Positions 17,432 through 27,741 are shown, counted from the stretch's first letter. The stretch: 64,000 nucleotides of DNA from Thermoleophilia bacterium (GCA_014859345.1 JACUUL010000004.1:2516-66515), one strand, 5' to 3'. Notes: generated by a model from the sequence alone, not told the origin. Program-made: numbers and translations.

Positions 17432-18781
17432 CTACATGGGCGTATCTCTGCCTGCCGCCCGGGCAAAGGCCATTGCCGTCCCCCGGTAGACCATGTGCGC
17501 CATTTTTGAGAACGGCGCGTACATGAACAGAAACAGCACGGCGACCAGATGCACAAAATAGGTCGGATATGCAAGCACACCGATGTCTAGCTTGCGGAAC
17601 GCCGCCGAGCCGATGCCGGTGAACATCAGTACTATTACCAGTACGATAAGCAGCCAGTCAAAATAGCTGCCCATGCCGGTTTTCTGCTGATGCTTGAACC
17701 GGTTGATCGTAATCAGTCCGATGCCGATGACGCCCGCTGCGGCTCCCGTGTAGCCGAAGAACTTGACGGGGTGGATCGTCGGAAACGGAGAATGCGTCCC
17801 CTCGCCGCCCCAAAGCAGCGGCCCGTAGGTATAAAGCACCGACACTGCGGTGGCAGCGAAAAGCAGGCCGAAGGAATAGAAAATGAACAGGTGTGACGTC
17901 TTTCTGTCCTTTGTCTCGTCGCACTTGCCGAATCGCTTGTGGGTGATTATCTCCGACAGGACCGGTCCCACCTGGGCCAGCCCTCCGGTTTTTAACCGGA
18001 TCCCTTCCCTGTCGGCATGAGCCTTCATCATTCCCCAATAGTTGCGCACCCCCAGGGCCAGAACCAAGATGCCCAGGATGAAAAAGGTGCTGAACACGAT
18101 GTCAATGGCGATGGTTTTCATGAAGTTGTTGTACACGATCTGCTCTACGCCGCCTAGTACTTCCCTTTCCGGTGTAAAGCTTCCGCCCCCCAGAACCCCG
18201 ATCACCAAAGCCAGTATGATCACCGGTATGGCGGTCATGAGCAGCAGCGCCGTGGGGCTGCCCACTCCCTTGGCCAGAAATCCCGGCTTGGACAGGCTGG
18301 GAATGCTCATCTTGGCCACGGCCTGCATCACCCGTCCCGGCTTGGCGTCCCGGGGGCATTGGGCCGTGCAGTCGTTGCACTGATGGCACAGCCAGATATC
18401 CGGATTGGCAATCAGCTTTTCCTTGAGCCCCCACTGGGCCCACATCATTTCCTTGCGGGGAAACGGATGGTCATCCGGAGTCACGTTGCATACAACCGAG
18501 CAGGAGGCGCACTGGAAGCATTTCTTCAGATCATTGCCGCCGCTGCCCATGACTTCACGAACGAACTTTATGTCGGGCTGAATCATCCTGGCCGGCGCTT
18601 CCTGAGCCGCCGGTTCCGCGGCAGGCGATTCGCCCTCCGGGGCGCCTTCTGCCCCGGGCTCTCCGGATTCAGGCTCCGGGTTCGCTGTGGCCACCACACT
18701 CTCTTCCGCGGCTGCCGCCTCAGCCTGAGCCTCTCCGGCGCCCGCTGTTTCTTCGCTCTTTTCTACATTTTCATCAGCCAT
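17432..18781 (-). CDS. qmoC: Quinone-interacting membrane-bound oxidoreductase subunit C (HdrC/HdrE-like fusion)
   Basis: Ferredoxin-like Cys motifs (CFQCASCSVVC, CHQCNDCTAQCP) followed by 6 TM helices of the HdrE/NarI-like haem-b domain. The start has a strong AGGAGGG SD. There is an unusual 65-aa acidic Ala/Glu/Pro-rich N-terminal extension. Confidence 0.75.
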   Translation of the reverse strand: MADENVEKSEETAGAGEAQAEAAAAEESVVATANPEPESGEPGAEGAPEGESPAAEPAAQEAPARMIQPDIKFVREVMGSGGNDLKKCFQCASCSVVCNVTPDDHPFPRKEMMWAQWGLKEKLIANPDIWLCHQCNDCTAQCPRDAKPGRVMQAVAKMSIPSLSKPGFLAKGVGSPTALLLMTAIPVIILALVIGVLGGGSFTPEREVLGGVEQIVYNNFMKTIAIDIVFSTFFILGILVLALGVRNYWGMMKAHADREGIRLKTGGLAQVGPVLSEIITHKRFGKCDETKDRKTSHLFIFYSFGLLFAATAVSVLYTYGPLLWGGEGTHSPFPTIHPVKFFGYTGAAAGVIGIGLITINRFKHQQKTGMGSYFDWLLIVLVIVLMFTGIGSAAFRKLDIGVLAYPTYFVHLVAVLFLFMYAPFSKMAHMVYRGTAMAFARAAGRDTPM

Positions 18782-18791
18782 ATCATCCCTC

Positions 18792-21191
18792 CTAGAAGCC
18801 CTTGAACGGATTGGGTCCGAATTCCTTAAGCTGCTCGGCGAAGTCCTCCATGATCTGCGGCAGCCTGTCCCATTCGTTCATGGCCAGCTCAACCTGTGTG
18901 ACCCGCTCGGATTCGAGCATGAGGCGGCTGAGCGTCTCCTGCACTTTGCCCAGCCGCTCGTTGGCCGCCTTGCTGCCTTTGATGAAATGGCACTGATATT
19001 CATCGTCGAACCTGCAGCCGATCAGAAGGAAGCCCTCGATGCCTGCAGACAGGGCGTCGGCGATCCAGACCAGGTTGGTGCCGCCCAGACATCTCATCGA
19101 GATGAACCTGTAGAATGGACTGATGTTCATCCGGTTCAGACCCGCGATGTCCAACGCCGGATAGGCGTCGTTCTCGCAGATGAGCGCCACGATCCGCGGC
19201 TTGTCGTCCTCTTCCGGCACCTTGATCGCCTTCATCTGGTCGGCGATCATGCCCACGCTGTAATTGTTGAACGAGATGATCCGCTGCGGACAAGCTCCCA
19301 TACAGGTGCCGCACCGGCGGCAGCGGAATGTGTTTGTCTTGGGCGTGCCTTTTTCATCTTCGTCAAGGACGCCGAAGGGACATTCCACGGTACAGCGGCG
19401 GCACTGCGTGCAGTTGGTGAAGTTGATCTCCGGGAATGACATGTCTCCCACCCGCGGATGCACGGACATGCCCTGCGCGGTCAGCTCCAGGCATTGGATC
19501 GCCTTGAGCGCCGCGCCACCGCCGTCATTTACCGACTGCATGGCCGTCATCGGAGCCCGGACAGCGCCGGCGGCGTAAATCCCGGTTCTGCGGGTCTCAT
19601 ACGGGAAGCAGATAAAGTGGGAGTCAGGAAAACCGTATTTCAGATAGGGCATCTCCGGTCCCTGGCGGTATTCGAGATTTAGCACCACCGGATCAGCTAT
19701 CACCTCTTTGATTATACCGTCCTGGGTTTCAGTCTCGCGCCATTGCCCCACGTACTCGGGCGTCAGGTCAGTGACGTCCTCGATGTGGGCCGGCAGGGCG
19801 TTGGTGACCATGCCGGTGGCCAGAACCAGCATGTCGGCCGCCACCATTACCTTCTCGCCGAGGATGGTGTTGTCTATCTCCAGGATGATATTGCCGGTCT
19901 CGTCCTCGCTGATGCTGGTGACTTCTCCTTTGGTGAGCATGACTCCGGGATTGTCCTGCGATGTCTTGTAGAACTCCTCGTACAGGCCTGGAGTGCGCAT
20001 GTCCTTGTAAATGATGAAGGCTGCCGCCTCGGGGTCGCTCTCGGTCACGTAGGTCGCCTGCTTCAGCGATGTCAGGCAACAAACGGTGGAGCAGTATGGC
20101 AGATGCTCCGGGTCACGCTGGCCGGCGCACTGAATGAAAGCGACACGGGTCGCCTGCTTGCCGTCGGATGGACGCGTTATCTGTCCTCCGCTGGCCGATG
20201 TCCTTTCCTCCATCTCCACATTGGTGATGACGTTCGGAAACTTGCCATAACCCATGTGCCCGAGCCTGTCAGCGTTATAGGGTTTCCAGCCAATCGCCAG
20301 CACGATGCTGCCGGCGTTGATAGTCTCGGAGCTGCTGTTGTGGCTGACAGTCACCTCGTATTTTCCGGGCTCGCCAGCGGTCTTCTTCACGTTTGCGCCG
20401 GTGATCACGCGAATTTTATCGTTGTCCTGGACTGACTTGATCTTCTCATCTATGTCGGGTTTCCGGGTCTGCTCAAAAGGCGGTTTGTCCGGGAGGATCT
20501 TGTACATCTTCCTGGCCCAGCCGCCCAGCTCGGCTTCCTTCTCGACAAGCACCACGTCGTAACCGGCCGCGGCCGATTCCAGGGCGCTTGAGATACCGGT
20601 GGCGCCGCCTCCGATGACCAGAATCGTCTTGTTTATCTCCTCGATCTGAGGCTTCGGAAGCTCTGATTTCTTGGCGCGCACCATGCCCATGCGCAGGTGG
20701 TCCTCAGCCATCTCCTGAGTGTTCTCATTCACCGCGGCGGAAGAGTCACCAGCGGATGCCTCCGCCTCACCGGCAGGCTCTGCCGCGCCGGCTTCGGTCT
20801 CGGCTTCCTCTCCCCCGGCCTGTGAATCGGCGGATTCTGCCTCAGCAGGCGCTGCTTCCTCTGCTTCAGAGGGTTGATCGGCCTTGGGGGTTTGCGTCCA
20901 TACGATGTGATCACGCAGATTTACCCGCTCGACGACAAACTTCAGCGGGTCGAAATCGAAGGCATCAGTGTTGAAACGGGCGGAACACCCGGCCACGATG
21001 ATCGTGTTTATGTCTTCGTTGTTGATATCATCCTTGATTATCTGCGAACCTTCCTGGCTGCAGAGGAACGGCGCTGTCTTCACCACGTCGGCGCGGTACT
21101 CGTTTCTGGCTATATTCTCCAGAGCCTCGAGGTTCAGCGCGTCGCCGATGCCGCAGTCAGAACAGACATATACTCCTACTTTCTGTTCCAT
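18792..21191 (-). CDS. qmoB: Qmo subunit B (HdrA-like flavoprotein with 4Fe-4S ferredoxin and MvhD-like domains)
   Basis: N-terminal MvhD-like Cys motif (VCSDCGI), the FAD fold ILVIGGGATG, HdrA-type ferredoxin Cys clusters (CTQCRRCTVECP, CRRCGTCMGACP), and the C-terminal CCG-like domain. The start is taken at the ATG at 21191 with a GGAGG SD, 1 nt after the qmoA stop. It contains a 50-aa acidic low-complexity insert. Confidence 0.8.
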   Translation of the reverse strand: MEQKVGVYVCSDCGIGDALNLEALENIARNEYRADVVKTAPFLCSQEGSQIIKDDINNEDINTIIVAGCSARFNTDAFDFDPLKFVVERVNLRDHIVWTQTPKADQPSEAEEAAPAEAESADSQAGGEEAETEAGAAEPAGEAEASAGDSSAAVNENTQEMAEDHLRMGMVRAKKSELPKPQIEEINKTILVIGGGATGISSALESAAAGYDVVLVEKEAELGGWARKMYKILPDKPPFEQTRKPDIDEKIKSVQDNDKIRVITGANVKKTAGEPGKYEVTVSHNSSSETINAGSIVLAIGWKPYNADRLGHMGYGKFPNVITNVEMEERTSASGGQITRPSDGKQATRVAFIQCAGQRDPEHLPYCSTVCCLTSLKQATYVTESDPEAAAFIIYKDMRTPGLYEEFYKTSQDNPGVMLTKGEVTSISEDETGNIILEIDNTILGEKVMVAADMLVLATGMVTNALPAHIEDVTDLTPEYVGQWRETETQDGIIKEVIADPVVLNLEYRQGPEMPYLKYGFPDSHFICFPYETRRTGIYAAGAVRAPMTAMQSVNDGGGAALKAIQCLELTAQGMSVHPRVGDMSFPEINFTNCTQCRRCTVECPFGVLDEDEKGTPKTNTFRCRRCGTCMGACPQRIISFNNYSVGMIADQMKAIKVPEEDDKPRIVALICENDAYPALDIAGLNRMNISPFYRFISMRCLGGTNLVWIADALSAGIEGFLLIGCRFDDEYQCHFIKGSKAANERLGKVQETLSRLMLESERVTQVELAMNEWDRLPQIMEDFAEQLKEFGPNPFKGF

Positions 21192-21192
21192 A

Positions 21193-22473
21193 TCAGTTAC
21201 CTCCAGCCTTCTCGCCGGCGACCGCTGGCGTTTTCGCGCTTGACTGCACGCTTCTGAGCGCCGCACCGGTCGCGTCCTGAACCGATGTGGCCACATCGTC
21301 GGGCCGCCTCGACACTCCCGCGGCGAAGATGCCCGGGGGCAGATTTTCAGCGTCTACGAAACCATTGGCCTCGTAGGCGGCGTCTACCGGGATACTGGCC
21401 GACTTGGCGGCGGGCTCCATTCCGGATGCCAGAACCACCATATCGAACTGCTTCTTGATCTTGCCGCCGCCCAGTATATCCTCCACAGTTACTACCGGGT
21501 CGCCGGTCGCCGCGTCTTCCTCGATTGCCGCGACTTTGCCCTTGGTCATTGTGACGTTTTCGTCTTCCTCGAGCTTCCTTAGAAAGTCTTCGTACTTGCC
21601 CGGAGCGCGCAGATCTATGTAGAAGATCTCTGCGGTGGAGTCCTCCGCTGTGTCCCTCAGATATGTCGCCTGCTTCAGGGAAGCCATGCAGCAGATAGAT
21701 GAGCAGTACGGAAGGTTGTTTTCGTCCCGGCTGCCGGCGCATTGCGCGAAAGCGATACTCTTCACTTCCTTGCCGTCAGACGGCCTGATGATTTTGCCTT
21801 TGGTGGGCCCGTTGGGTGCCGCCAGCCGTTCCATCATCACATTGGTGATGACATTGGGAATGGTGGCAAAGTTGATATTCTCGATCCTGGACGCATCATA
21901 CGGATTCCAGCCGGTCGCCATGACTATGCTGGAGGCATTGATCTCAACTGTCCTTGTCTGCATTTCTAGATCTATGGCGCCATAACCGCAGGCGTCGGCG
22001 CAGGCCTGGCAGCCGGAGCCGCAGGCGGCCCGGTCGAGTACGTACCTCATGGGATACGCCAGGTCGTGAGGCAGGTACACCGCTTTCGTGGTGTCCATGT
22101 TGAAATTGAAATCGTTGGGCCGTTCGGAGGGGCACGCTTCGGCGCATTCGCCGCAATTCGTGCACTTCTCGGTTACATACCGGGGGTTTACCTGAACTGC
22201 TGCGGTGAAGTCCCCCTCGCTGCCGGAGACGCTCTGGACCTCGGCCTGCGTGTAAAAACTGATTTTCGGATTCTGCTTGATACGCCGGAAGTTTATCTCC
22301 AGGCCGCAATAGGGAGGACAGAGCTTGGGGAAGTACTTGTAAAGCTGCGAAACCCGCCCGCCGAGATACGGGTTTCTTTCGACGATCACGGTTTCGAGAC
22401 CGGCTTCAGCGGCTTCTACCGCGCTGGTGATGCCGCTCATGCCTCCTCCGATTATCAAAACTTTATCTGCCAT
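21193..22473 (-). CDS. qmoA: Qmo subunit A (HdrA-like flavoprotein)
   Basis: MADKVLIIGGGMSG FAD fold, ferredoxin Cys clusters (CTNCGECAEACP, CGSGCQACADAC), and an AGGAGGG SD. Confidence 0.8.
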   Translation of the reverse strand: MADKVLIIGGGMSGITSAVEAAEAGLETVIVERNPYLGGRVSQLYKYFPKLCPPYCGLEINFRRIKQNPKISFYTQAEVQSVSGSEGDFTAAVQVNPRYVTEKCTNCGECAEACPSERPNDFNFNMDTTKAVYLPHDLAYPMRYVLDRAACGSGCQACADACGYGAIDLEMQTRTVEINASSIVMATGWNPYDASRIENINFATIPNVITNVMMERLAAPNGPTKGKIIRPSDGKEVKSIAFAQCAGSRDENNLPYCSSICCMASLKQATYLRDTAEDSTAEIFYIDLRAPGKYEDFLRKLEEDENVTMTKGKVAAIEEDAATGDPVVTVEDILGGGKIKKQFDMVVLASGMEPAAKSASIPVDAAYEANGFVDAENLPPGIFAAGVSRRPDDVATSVQDATGAALRSVQSSAKTPAVAGEKAGGN

Positions 22474-22673
22474 AGGGTCCCTCCTAAAAGCTGGATATTG
22501 GATTTTGGATATTGGATGTTGGAAAACAATTTTTTAACCTGATCAGGACATGCTTATCGCGGATGTATCCAATGTCCAATATCCAAGGTCCAAACAGCCG
22601 CTTATTTAAGGCGGGACAGGTCGATAGCGACCTGTCCCGCCCGGAATTGTCCAGCTCCTGTAGCCAGCCCGTA

Positions 22674-24671
22674 CTAGGCCGGAGTCGGGGCAGGAACGAG
22701 CTCGACGTACGGTACCTTCTTGTGCTCCCAGCCGCCTTCCTGAGTCCACCTGGAGTTGGTGAAGCACTTCCAGTTCGCATCATCGATGCCCGGGAAGTCG
22801 CCCCGGTAATAGTAACCGGGGTACCTGCTCTCCTCGCGGAAGTTGATGTGCCGCGCGTGGGCCTCGGCAGCCCAGATGCGGTGGTAATTCTCCCAGCAGC
22901 GGAGCAGCTCGTGCAGGTCGGAAGCCGCCATCCGGGCCGAATCCTCCTTGAGCACCTCAAGCTTCTTGAGGCCTTCGGCCAGCAACGTGGCGCTGGTTGT
23001 ATACCACGTGGAGACACCGCCCACATACTCGTCCATGATCTTCATCAGCCTGAACTGCAACATCCGCGGACGGATGTAATTCGGGTTGATGTCGACGTTT
23101 TCGGGAGCCGTTGTGTACGACTTGTACTTGGCGTAAAGCTCCATCGGCGCGTAGATCTCGGCGACGAGTTCATCGATGCTCTCTGATATGGCCGGAGAAT
23201 ACCCTTCGTGATCAAGGCACCAGGCGACCGCCATCTTGCCGGCGATGCGACCTTCGGCATGCGAGCCGGAAGAGAATTTGTGGCCGGAGGCGCCGACCAC
23301 GTCACCGGACATGAACAGGCCGTTGACGGTGGACATGCGGTTGTATCCCCATGACCATTCATCCGGAGTTCCCTCGATGTCGCCGGGGCCGCTTACCCAG
23401 AAACCGGCGCAACCGGCATGCGAGCCGAGCAGATAAGGCTCGGACGGCATCAGCTCGGACGGGACCTTGTTGGGCTCGACGTCATTGGCAGCCCAGAGAC
23501 CGGCCTGAGCGATGGTCATGTCGAGGAAGTCCTCCCATGCCTCGGCTTCGAGATGCTTGATCTGCTTGGCGTCCATGGACTCTTCCAGAGCCTGCATTGC
23601 CTTGTCGGTATGCATCATGATGGGGCCGAGGCCGGCCTTCATGTCGACCATGGCCGCGTGGTTACGCAGCGCGGTGCCCATCGGTTCGTCGTACGGGGCG
23701 AACTGCTCGTGGATCTCGTCGGCATGGGTGTCGCAGTAGTCCTCGCCGATTGCATTGGTCGCCTTGGCCTTGAAGAACAGGAACCAGGCGCCGACCGGAC
23801 CGTAGCCATCCTTGAAGCGCATGGGGACGAAGCGGTTTTCCATCAGGGTCAGCTCGGCGCCTGCCTGGATGCCCATGGCATATCCGGAGCCGCTGTTCCA
23901 CACCGGGAACCAGGCGCGGCCCAGACCCTCGCCCACGGACCGCGGACGGAAGACATTCACTGCGCCTCCGGAACCGTTGATGACGGCGTTGGCCTTGAAG
24001 ACATAGACCTTGTTCTCGCGGGTGCTGAAGCCGATGGCGCCGGCAATGCGGTTGGGCTCATTGGCGTCCATGAGCAGCCGGGTGCAGAAGACGCGCTCAT
24101 AGAGGTTCTGTTCCTGGCCGGTGGCCTGGGCGTTGTACTCGAGCGACTTCTTGGCCACGTCGCCGACGATTGCCTTGTAGGACTCGCCGTTGATCATGAT
24201 CTGCCATTTGCCGGAGCGCACCGGGGTGCCGCCGTCTTTCAGAAGCGCCTTGCCGGAGTCTCGCGCCTGGAATCCGTCCATCGAATGGCCTTCGTCATCC
24301 TTCTTCCAGATCGGCAGGCCCCACTGCTCAAAAAGGTGGACGGAGTCGTCGACCATGCGGCCCAGGTCTTTGACCAGGTCCTCGCGGATGATGCCCATCA
24401 GGTCAGCCCGGACATATCGGACATAGTCGTCAATATCGTTCTCGCCGATATAGGTGTTGATGGCGGAAAGACCCTGGGCCACGGCGCCGGAGCGCTCGAC
24501 GGCTGCCTTGTCTGCCATGACGACTTTCAGATTCTTTGGAGTTGCCCAGCGGCAGGCCTCGAAAGCGGCGCCGGCGCCGGACATGCCACCGCCGATGATG
24601 AGGATGTCGCAATTGACCTCCTCAACCTCCGGCTTCTCGGTAAACCGGAATTCGTTTTTTTCTTGTTCCAT
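22674..24671 (-). CDS. aprA: Adenylylsulfate (APS) reductase alpha subunit
   Basis: 665 aa flavoprotein. ILIIGGGMSGAGAA is the FAD fold, and the length and layout are typical of AprA. The start is taken at the ATG at 24671 with AAGGAG, 9 nt upstream. It lies immediately downstream of aprB. Confidence 0.9.
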   Translation of the reverse strand: MEQEKNEFRFTEKPEVEEVNCDILIIGGGMSGAGAAFEACRWATPKNLKVVMADKAAVERSGAVAQGLSAINTYIGENDIDDYVRYVRADLMGIIREDLVKDLGRMVDDSVHLFEQWGLPIWKKDDEGHSMDGFQARDSGKALLKDGGTPVRSGKWQIMINGESYKAIVGDVAKKSLEYNAQATGQEQNLYERVFCTRLLMDANEPNRIAGAIGFSTRENKVYVFKANAVINGSGGAVNVFRPRSVGEGLGRAWFPVWNSGSGYAMGIQAGAELTLMENRFVPMRFKDGYGPVGAWFLFFKAKATNAIGEDYCDTHADEIHEQFAPYDEPMGTALRNHAAMVDMKAGLGPIMMHTDKAMQALEESMDAKQIKHLEAEAWEDFLDMTIAQAGLWAANDVEPNKVPSELMPSEPYLLGSHAGCAGFWVSGPGDIEGTPDEWSWGYNRMSTVNGLFMSGDVVGASGHKFSSGSHAEGRIAGKMAVAWCLDHEGYSPAISESIDELVAEIYAPMELYAKYKSYTTAPENVDINPNYIRPRMLQFRLMKIMDEYVGGVSTWYTTSATLLAEGLKKLEVLKEDSARMAASDLHELLRCWENYHRIWAAEAHARHINFREESRYPGYYYRGDFPGIDDANWKCFTNSRWTQEGGWEHKKVPYVELVPAPTPA

Positions 24672-24699
24672 GTTCAAATCTCCTTATCTACCAGGTTAT

Positions 24700-25107
24700 T
24701 TAAGCCTGAGTGAAGAGCTTGGAGCTCTTGATGTCGTCGAAATTCGGCTCCGGTAGACCCTCATAAGGGTCGCTGACGCCGTCCGGACGCAAATTGATCG
24801 GGAATTTGAAACGTTTCAGCGCCCCGTTGCGGAACTTGATGGTCCACATGATGGAGTCGGTGCTCCGCATGGGTATGACCGACGCGCCCAGCGGCGCGAA
24901 GTCGGCGTAGGCGCGAACCTCGATGGCCTGCTGCGGGCAGATCTTCACACAGTTGTAGCACTCCCAGCACTGCTCCGGCTCCTGGTTGAAAGCCTTCATC
25001 CTCTCTTTATCGAGGATCATGAGGTCGTGCGGGCAGATGTACATGCAAGCGGTCTTGTCCTGACCCTTGCAGCCATCGCACTTTTCTGTCATCACAAAAC
25101 TAGGCAT
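24700..25107 (-). CDS. aprB: APS reductase beta subunit (two 4Fe-4S clusters)
   Basis: MPSFVMTEKCDGCKGQDKTACMYICPHD...CWECYNCVKICPQQAIEVR: the characteristic AprB N-terminal ferredoxin motifs plus the C-terminal tail. Confidence 0.9.
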   Translation of the reverse strand: MPSFVMTEKCDGCKGQDKTACMYICPHDLMILDKERMKAFNQEPEQCWECYNCVKICPQQAIEVRAYADFAPLGASVIPMRSTDSIMWTIKFRNGALKRFKFPINLRPDGVSDPYEGLPEPNFDDIKSSKLFTQA

Positions 25108-25335
25108 TTAGCTTGTTACCTCCTTGACGTTGACGTTAATGCCTAAATCAGTTTATTGGCTGCTGTCCTGCACCCCCTCTCCGGGATTAGTTTATTGCCA
25201 AATCCATGCCTCAGGCTTCTGTCGCTCCCAAGCGTGAAGCTTGACGGACTCCATTCATATGAGTATCCCGCGCTTTGCTCGGGATGACAGCTCATCATGA
25301 GATCGCGTTTGCTCATGAAGTCAGGCCCGGCAGGA

Positions 25336-26550
25336 TTAGACGCCCTCGGAGTACTTGTGCGTCTTGATCTCCACTTTCTCGGTGAGGCTTTCGTAATAGT
25401 CGCGCAGGATGGCCAGTACCTCCGGGCGGCTGAAATGATCGGGCACCTCATCGCCCTCAGAAAGCATCTTGCGCAGCTTTGTGCCGCTTAGCAGGAGCCG
25501 GTCCTCCTTGCCGTGGGGACAAGTCTTCATGGAAGCCATGCCGTCACAGGAAGTGCAATAGAATGTCCAGTCGATCTTTAGTGGCTCAGTCTCCATTGCG
25601 TCATTCGGAATCTCGTCGAAGATGTGGTGAGCGTCGAAGGGACCATAATACTCGCCGACGCCGGCGTGATCGCGGCCGATGATCATGTGGCTGCAGCCAT
25701 AGTTCTGTCTGAAGAGGGCGTGCAGCAGGGCTTCCCTTGGTCCGGCGTAGCGCATATCCAGAGGGTATCCCGCCTGAACGCAAGTGTCCTTGACGAAGTA
25801 GTGCTCAACGAGGGTATCGATGGCTTTCACTCTGGTATCCGCAGGAATGTCCCCCGGCTTGAGTTTTCCCAGCAGTTGATGGATGAGCACGCCATCGCAG
25901 GTCTCGATGGCGATCTTGGCCAGGTATTCGTGAGAGCGGTGCATGGGGTTCCTGAGCTGGAGAGCGGCCACCTTGCTCCATCCCTTGTCATCAAAAAGCT
26001 TCCGGGTTTCGGTGGGGGTCATGTAGATGCCCTTGTACTCGGTCGGGAAGCTTCCCTGGCTCAGGACCTTCACCGGTCCCGCGAGGTTTACGTCTTCCTG
26101 GTTCATAACCATGGCTACCCCGGGATGGTCGAGCTCCGTGGTCTTGTACACGTTCTGGCACTCGAATTCCTTGTCGATCTTGTACTTCTCGTTGACCTTC
26201 ATGGTCGCCATGATCTCACCGGTCTCTTCGGAGAACAGGGCAATTTCCTCACCATTGCTGATGCTGTCCGCCTGTCCCTCGGTGGTGGAAACGGTGATCG
26301 GGATAGGCCAGAAAGTTCCGTCCGACAAGGTGTAATCAGCGCAGACGCCCTTCCAGTCGGCCTCGCCCATAAAGCCCTCCAGCGGCGTGAAGCCGCCGAT
26401 GCCCATCATGATCAGGTCCCCCGCTTCCCTTGAGGAGATCCTCACTTCGGTCAGGCCCTTCGCCTTTTCTTTCTCCTCCTCGAGCTCCACCCCGGTGAGC
26501 AGCAGGGGCTTTAAAACCTTGTCCTTGCCATGCGGATTGACTAATGCCAT
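25336..26550 (-). CDS. sat: Sulfate adenylyltransferase (ATP sulfurylase)
   Basis: 404 aa with [13 protein letters not shown] (QxRN motif), GRDHAGVG and the HH-containing loop. It has an AGGAGG SD. Confidence 0.9.
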   Translation of the reverse strand: MALVNPHGKDKVLKPLLLTGVELEEEKEKAKGLTEVRISSREAGDLIMMGIGGFTPLEGFMGEADWKGVCADYTLSDGTFWPIPITVSTTEGQADSISNGEEIALFSEETGEIMATMKVNEKYKIDKEFECQNVYKTTELDHPGVAMVMNQEDVNLAGPVKVLSQGSFPTEYKGIYMTPTETRKLFDDKGWSKVAALQLRNPMHRSHEYLAKIAIETCDGVLIHQLLGKLKPGDIPADTRVKAIDTLVEHYFVKDTCVQAGYPLDMRYAGPREALLHALFRQNYGCSHMIIGRDHAGVGEYYGPFDAHHIFDEIPNDAMETEPLKIDWTFYCTSCDGMASMKTCPHGKEDRLLLSGTKLRKMLSEGDEVPDHFSRPEVLAILRDYYESLTEKVEIKTHKYSEGV

Positions 26551-26581
26551 GCTGTGAGCCTCCTGTTAGATATTTTTCCTG

Positions 26582-27229
26582 TCAGTCGAGCCCGAGAGTT
26601 TCGCACACTGTCGCGAAGATCTCGTCAATCGCGCCGGTGCCATCAACAGATCTGCAGATGCCCTTGCCCGTGTAATATTCGATGAGAGGAGCAGTCTGGG
26701 ATTCATATACTTCAAGCCGCTTGGTGATAGTCTCTTCCCTGTCGTCGTCCCGCTGGTACAGTTCGCTGCCGCATTTGTCGCACTTGTTTTCCTCGGCGGG
26801 CGCGCTGAAATAAATGTTGTACATCTGGCCACATTTCTGGCAGGTGCGGCGTCCCGTCAGGCGTTTCATCAGGTCTTCCATTGGCACGTCCACAGAAAGG
26901 GCAGCGTCCAGGGCCATGTCCATCTCCGCCAGCATCCCGTCCAGCGCTTCGGCCTGGGCAGTATTGCGGGGGAAGCCATCAAGGATGTACCCGCTCAGGC
27001 AGTCGTCATGGGCTATTCTTTCCTTAACCATTCCCAGTACAACCCTGTCGGGCACCAGGTCGCCCCTGTCCATGTACGATTTGGCCTCTTTTCCCAGATC
27101 GGATTCGGCGGCGACTGCTGCTCTGAGAAGATCGCCGGTGGAAATTTGGGGGGTGTTGTATTTCTCGATAAGCAGCTTGGCCTGGGTCCCCTTGCCCGCG
27201 CCGGGCGCACCTAGAAGTACTAATCTCAC
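26582..27229 (-). CDS. adk: Adenylate kinase
   Basis: GTG start at 27229 (VRLVLLGAPGAGKGTQA, a P-loop) with a GGAGG SD. It has the zinc-lid Cys4 (CQKCG...CDKCG). It sits 31 nt upstream of sat on the same strand. Confidence 0.85.
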   Translation of the reverse strand: MRLVLLGAPGAGKGTQAKLLIEKYNTPQISTGDLLRAAVAAESDLGKEAKSYMDRGDLVPDRVVLGMVKERIAHDDCLSGYILDGFPRNTAQAEALDGMLAEMDMALDAALSVDVPMEDLMKRLTGRRTCQKCGQMYNIYFSAPAEENKCDKCGSELYQRDDDREETITKRLEVYESQTAPLIEYYTGKGICRSVDGTGAIDEIFATVCETLGLD

Positions 27230-27741
27230 ACTTGCCTCCGTTGGATCAGAGTTGGCAACTGTTGGATCTGCTTCTCGGACTTTATGCCGTTTGTAAACCG
27301 GCATGCCCTTTTACCGGGCATCTTTACCGGCCCAAAACGGCTTCCACTTCAGGTTGCTTAAAGATGAATGCAGCGCCGTGATGATTTGGCGGCCCGCAAA
27401 TTAGACGATTCGATGCCCCCGCTTCCGGGGAGTTCGGTGCTTCAGGGAAATCTGCTCTTTGAATTGGTACTGTGGCGCTATCGCACCGAGCAGCTCCACG
27501 CCCGGTTTTAAGTCAACTTACGACCAGCTTCCGCGCTGCCACATATACCAGCGGAGGTATTTTATACCGGGATGAAGGAGTTATTCAACCCCCAAACCCT
27601 GCAAGATCATTAGTCTTTCTTATCGTTATGATTAGAGTCGATATTTGCCTACATTTGCAGGATATTTTTAATCATGAAGGGAGTGGTTGACAACTTGCCG
27701 AAAGAAACAGTCCACAGTTTTTCCAAAAGTTTGTGCACACG
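27230..27741 (-). promoter_or_regulatory. 510-bp non-coding leader/promoter region upstream of adk-sat-apr-qmo, including an AT-rich segment (27590-27740)
   Basis: No credible ORF. GC drops sharply, and there are TTGACA-like and TATTTT elements (e.g. ttgacaacttgcc, ttgcctacatttgcaggatattttta). Which strand the promoter lies on is not resolved. Confidence 0.35.

Noticed and set aside
18586-18586. Alternative internal start for qmoC (MIQPDIKF), removing the acidic N-terminal extension
   Set aside because: The internal ATG has no SD, whereas the upstream ATG at 18781 has AGGAGGG at ideal spacing. The longer product is kept, but the call remains uncertain.
23418-24713. 431-aa plus-strand ORF antisense to aprA (and similar long antisense ORFs inside qmoB, qmoA, sat and ileS)
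   Set aside because: It lies entirely inside the confidently identified aprA on the other strand. It is Gly/Ala/Val/Asp-rich with no motif, the classic high-GC antisense artefact.
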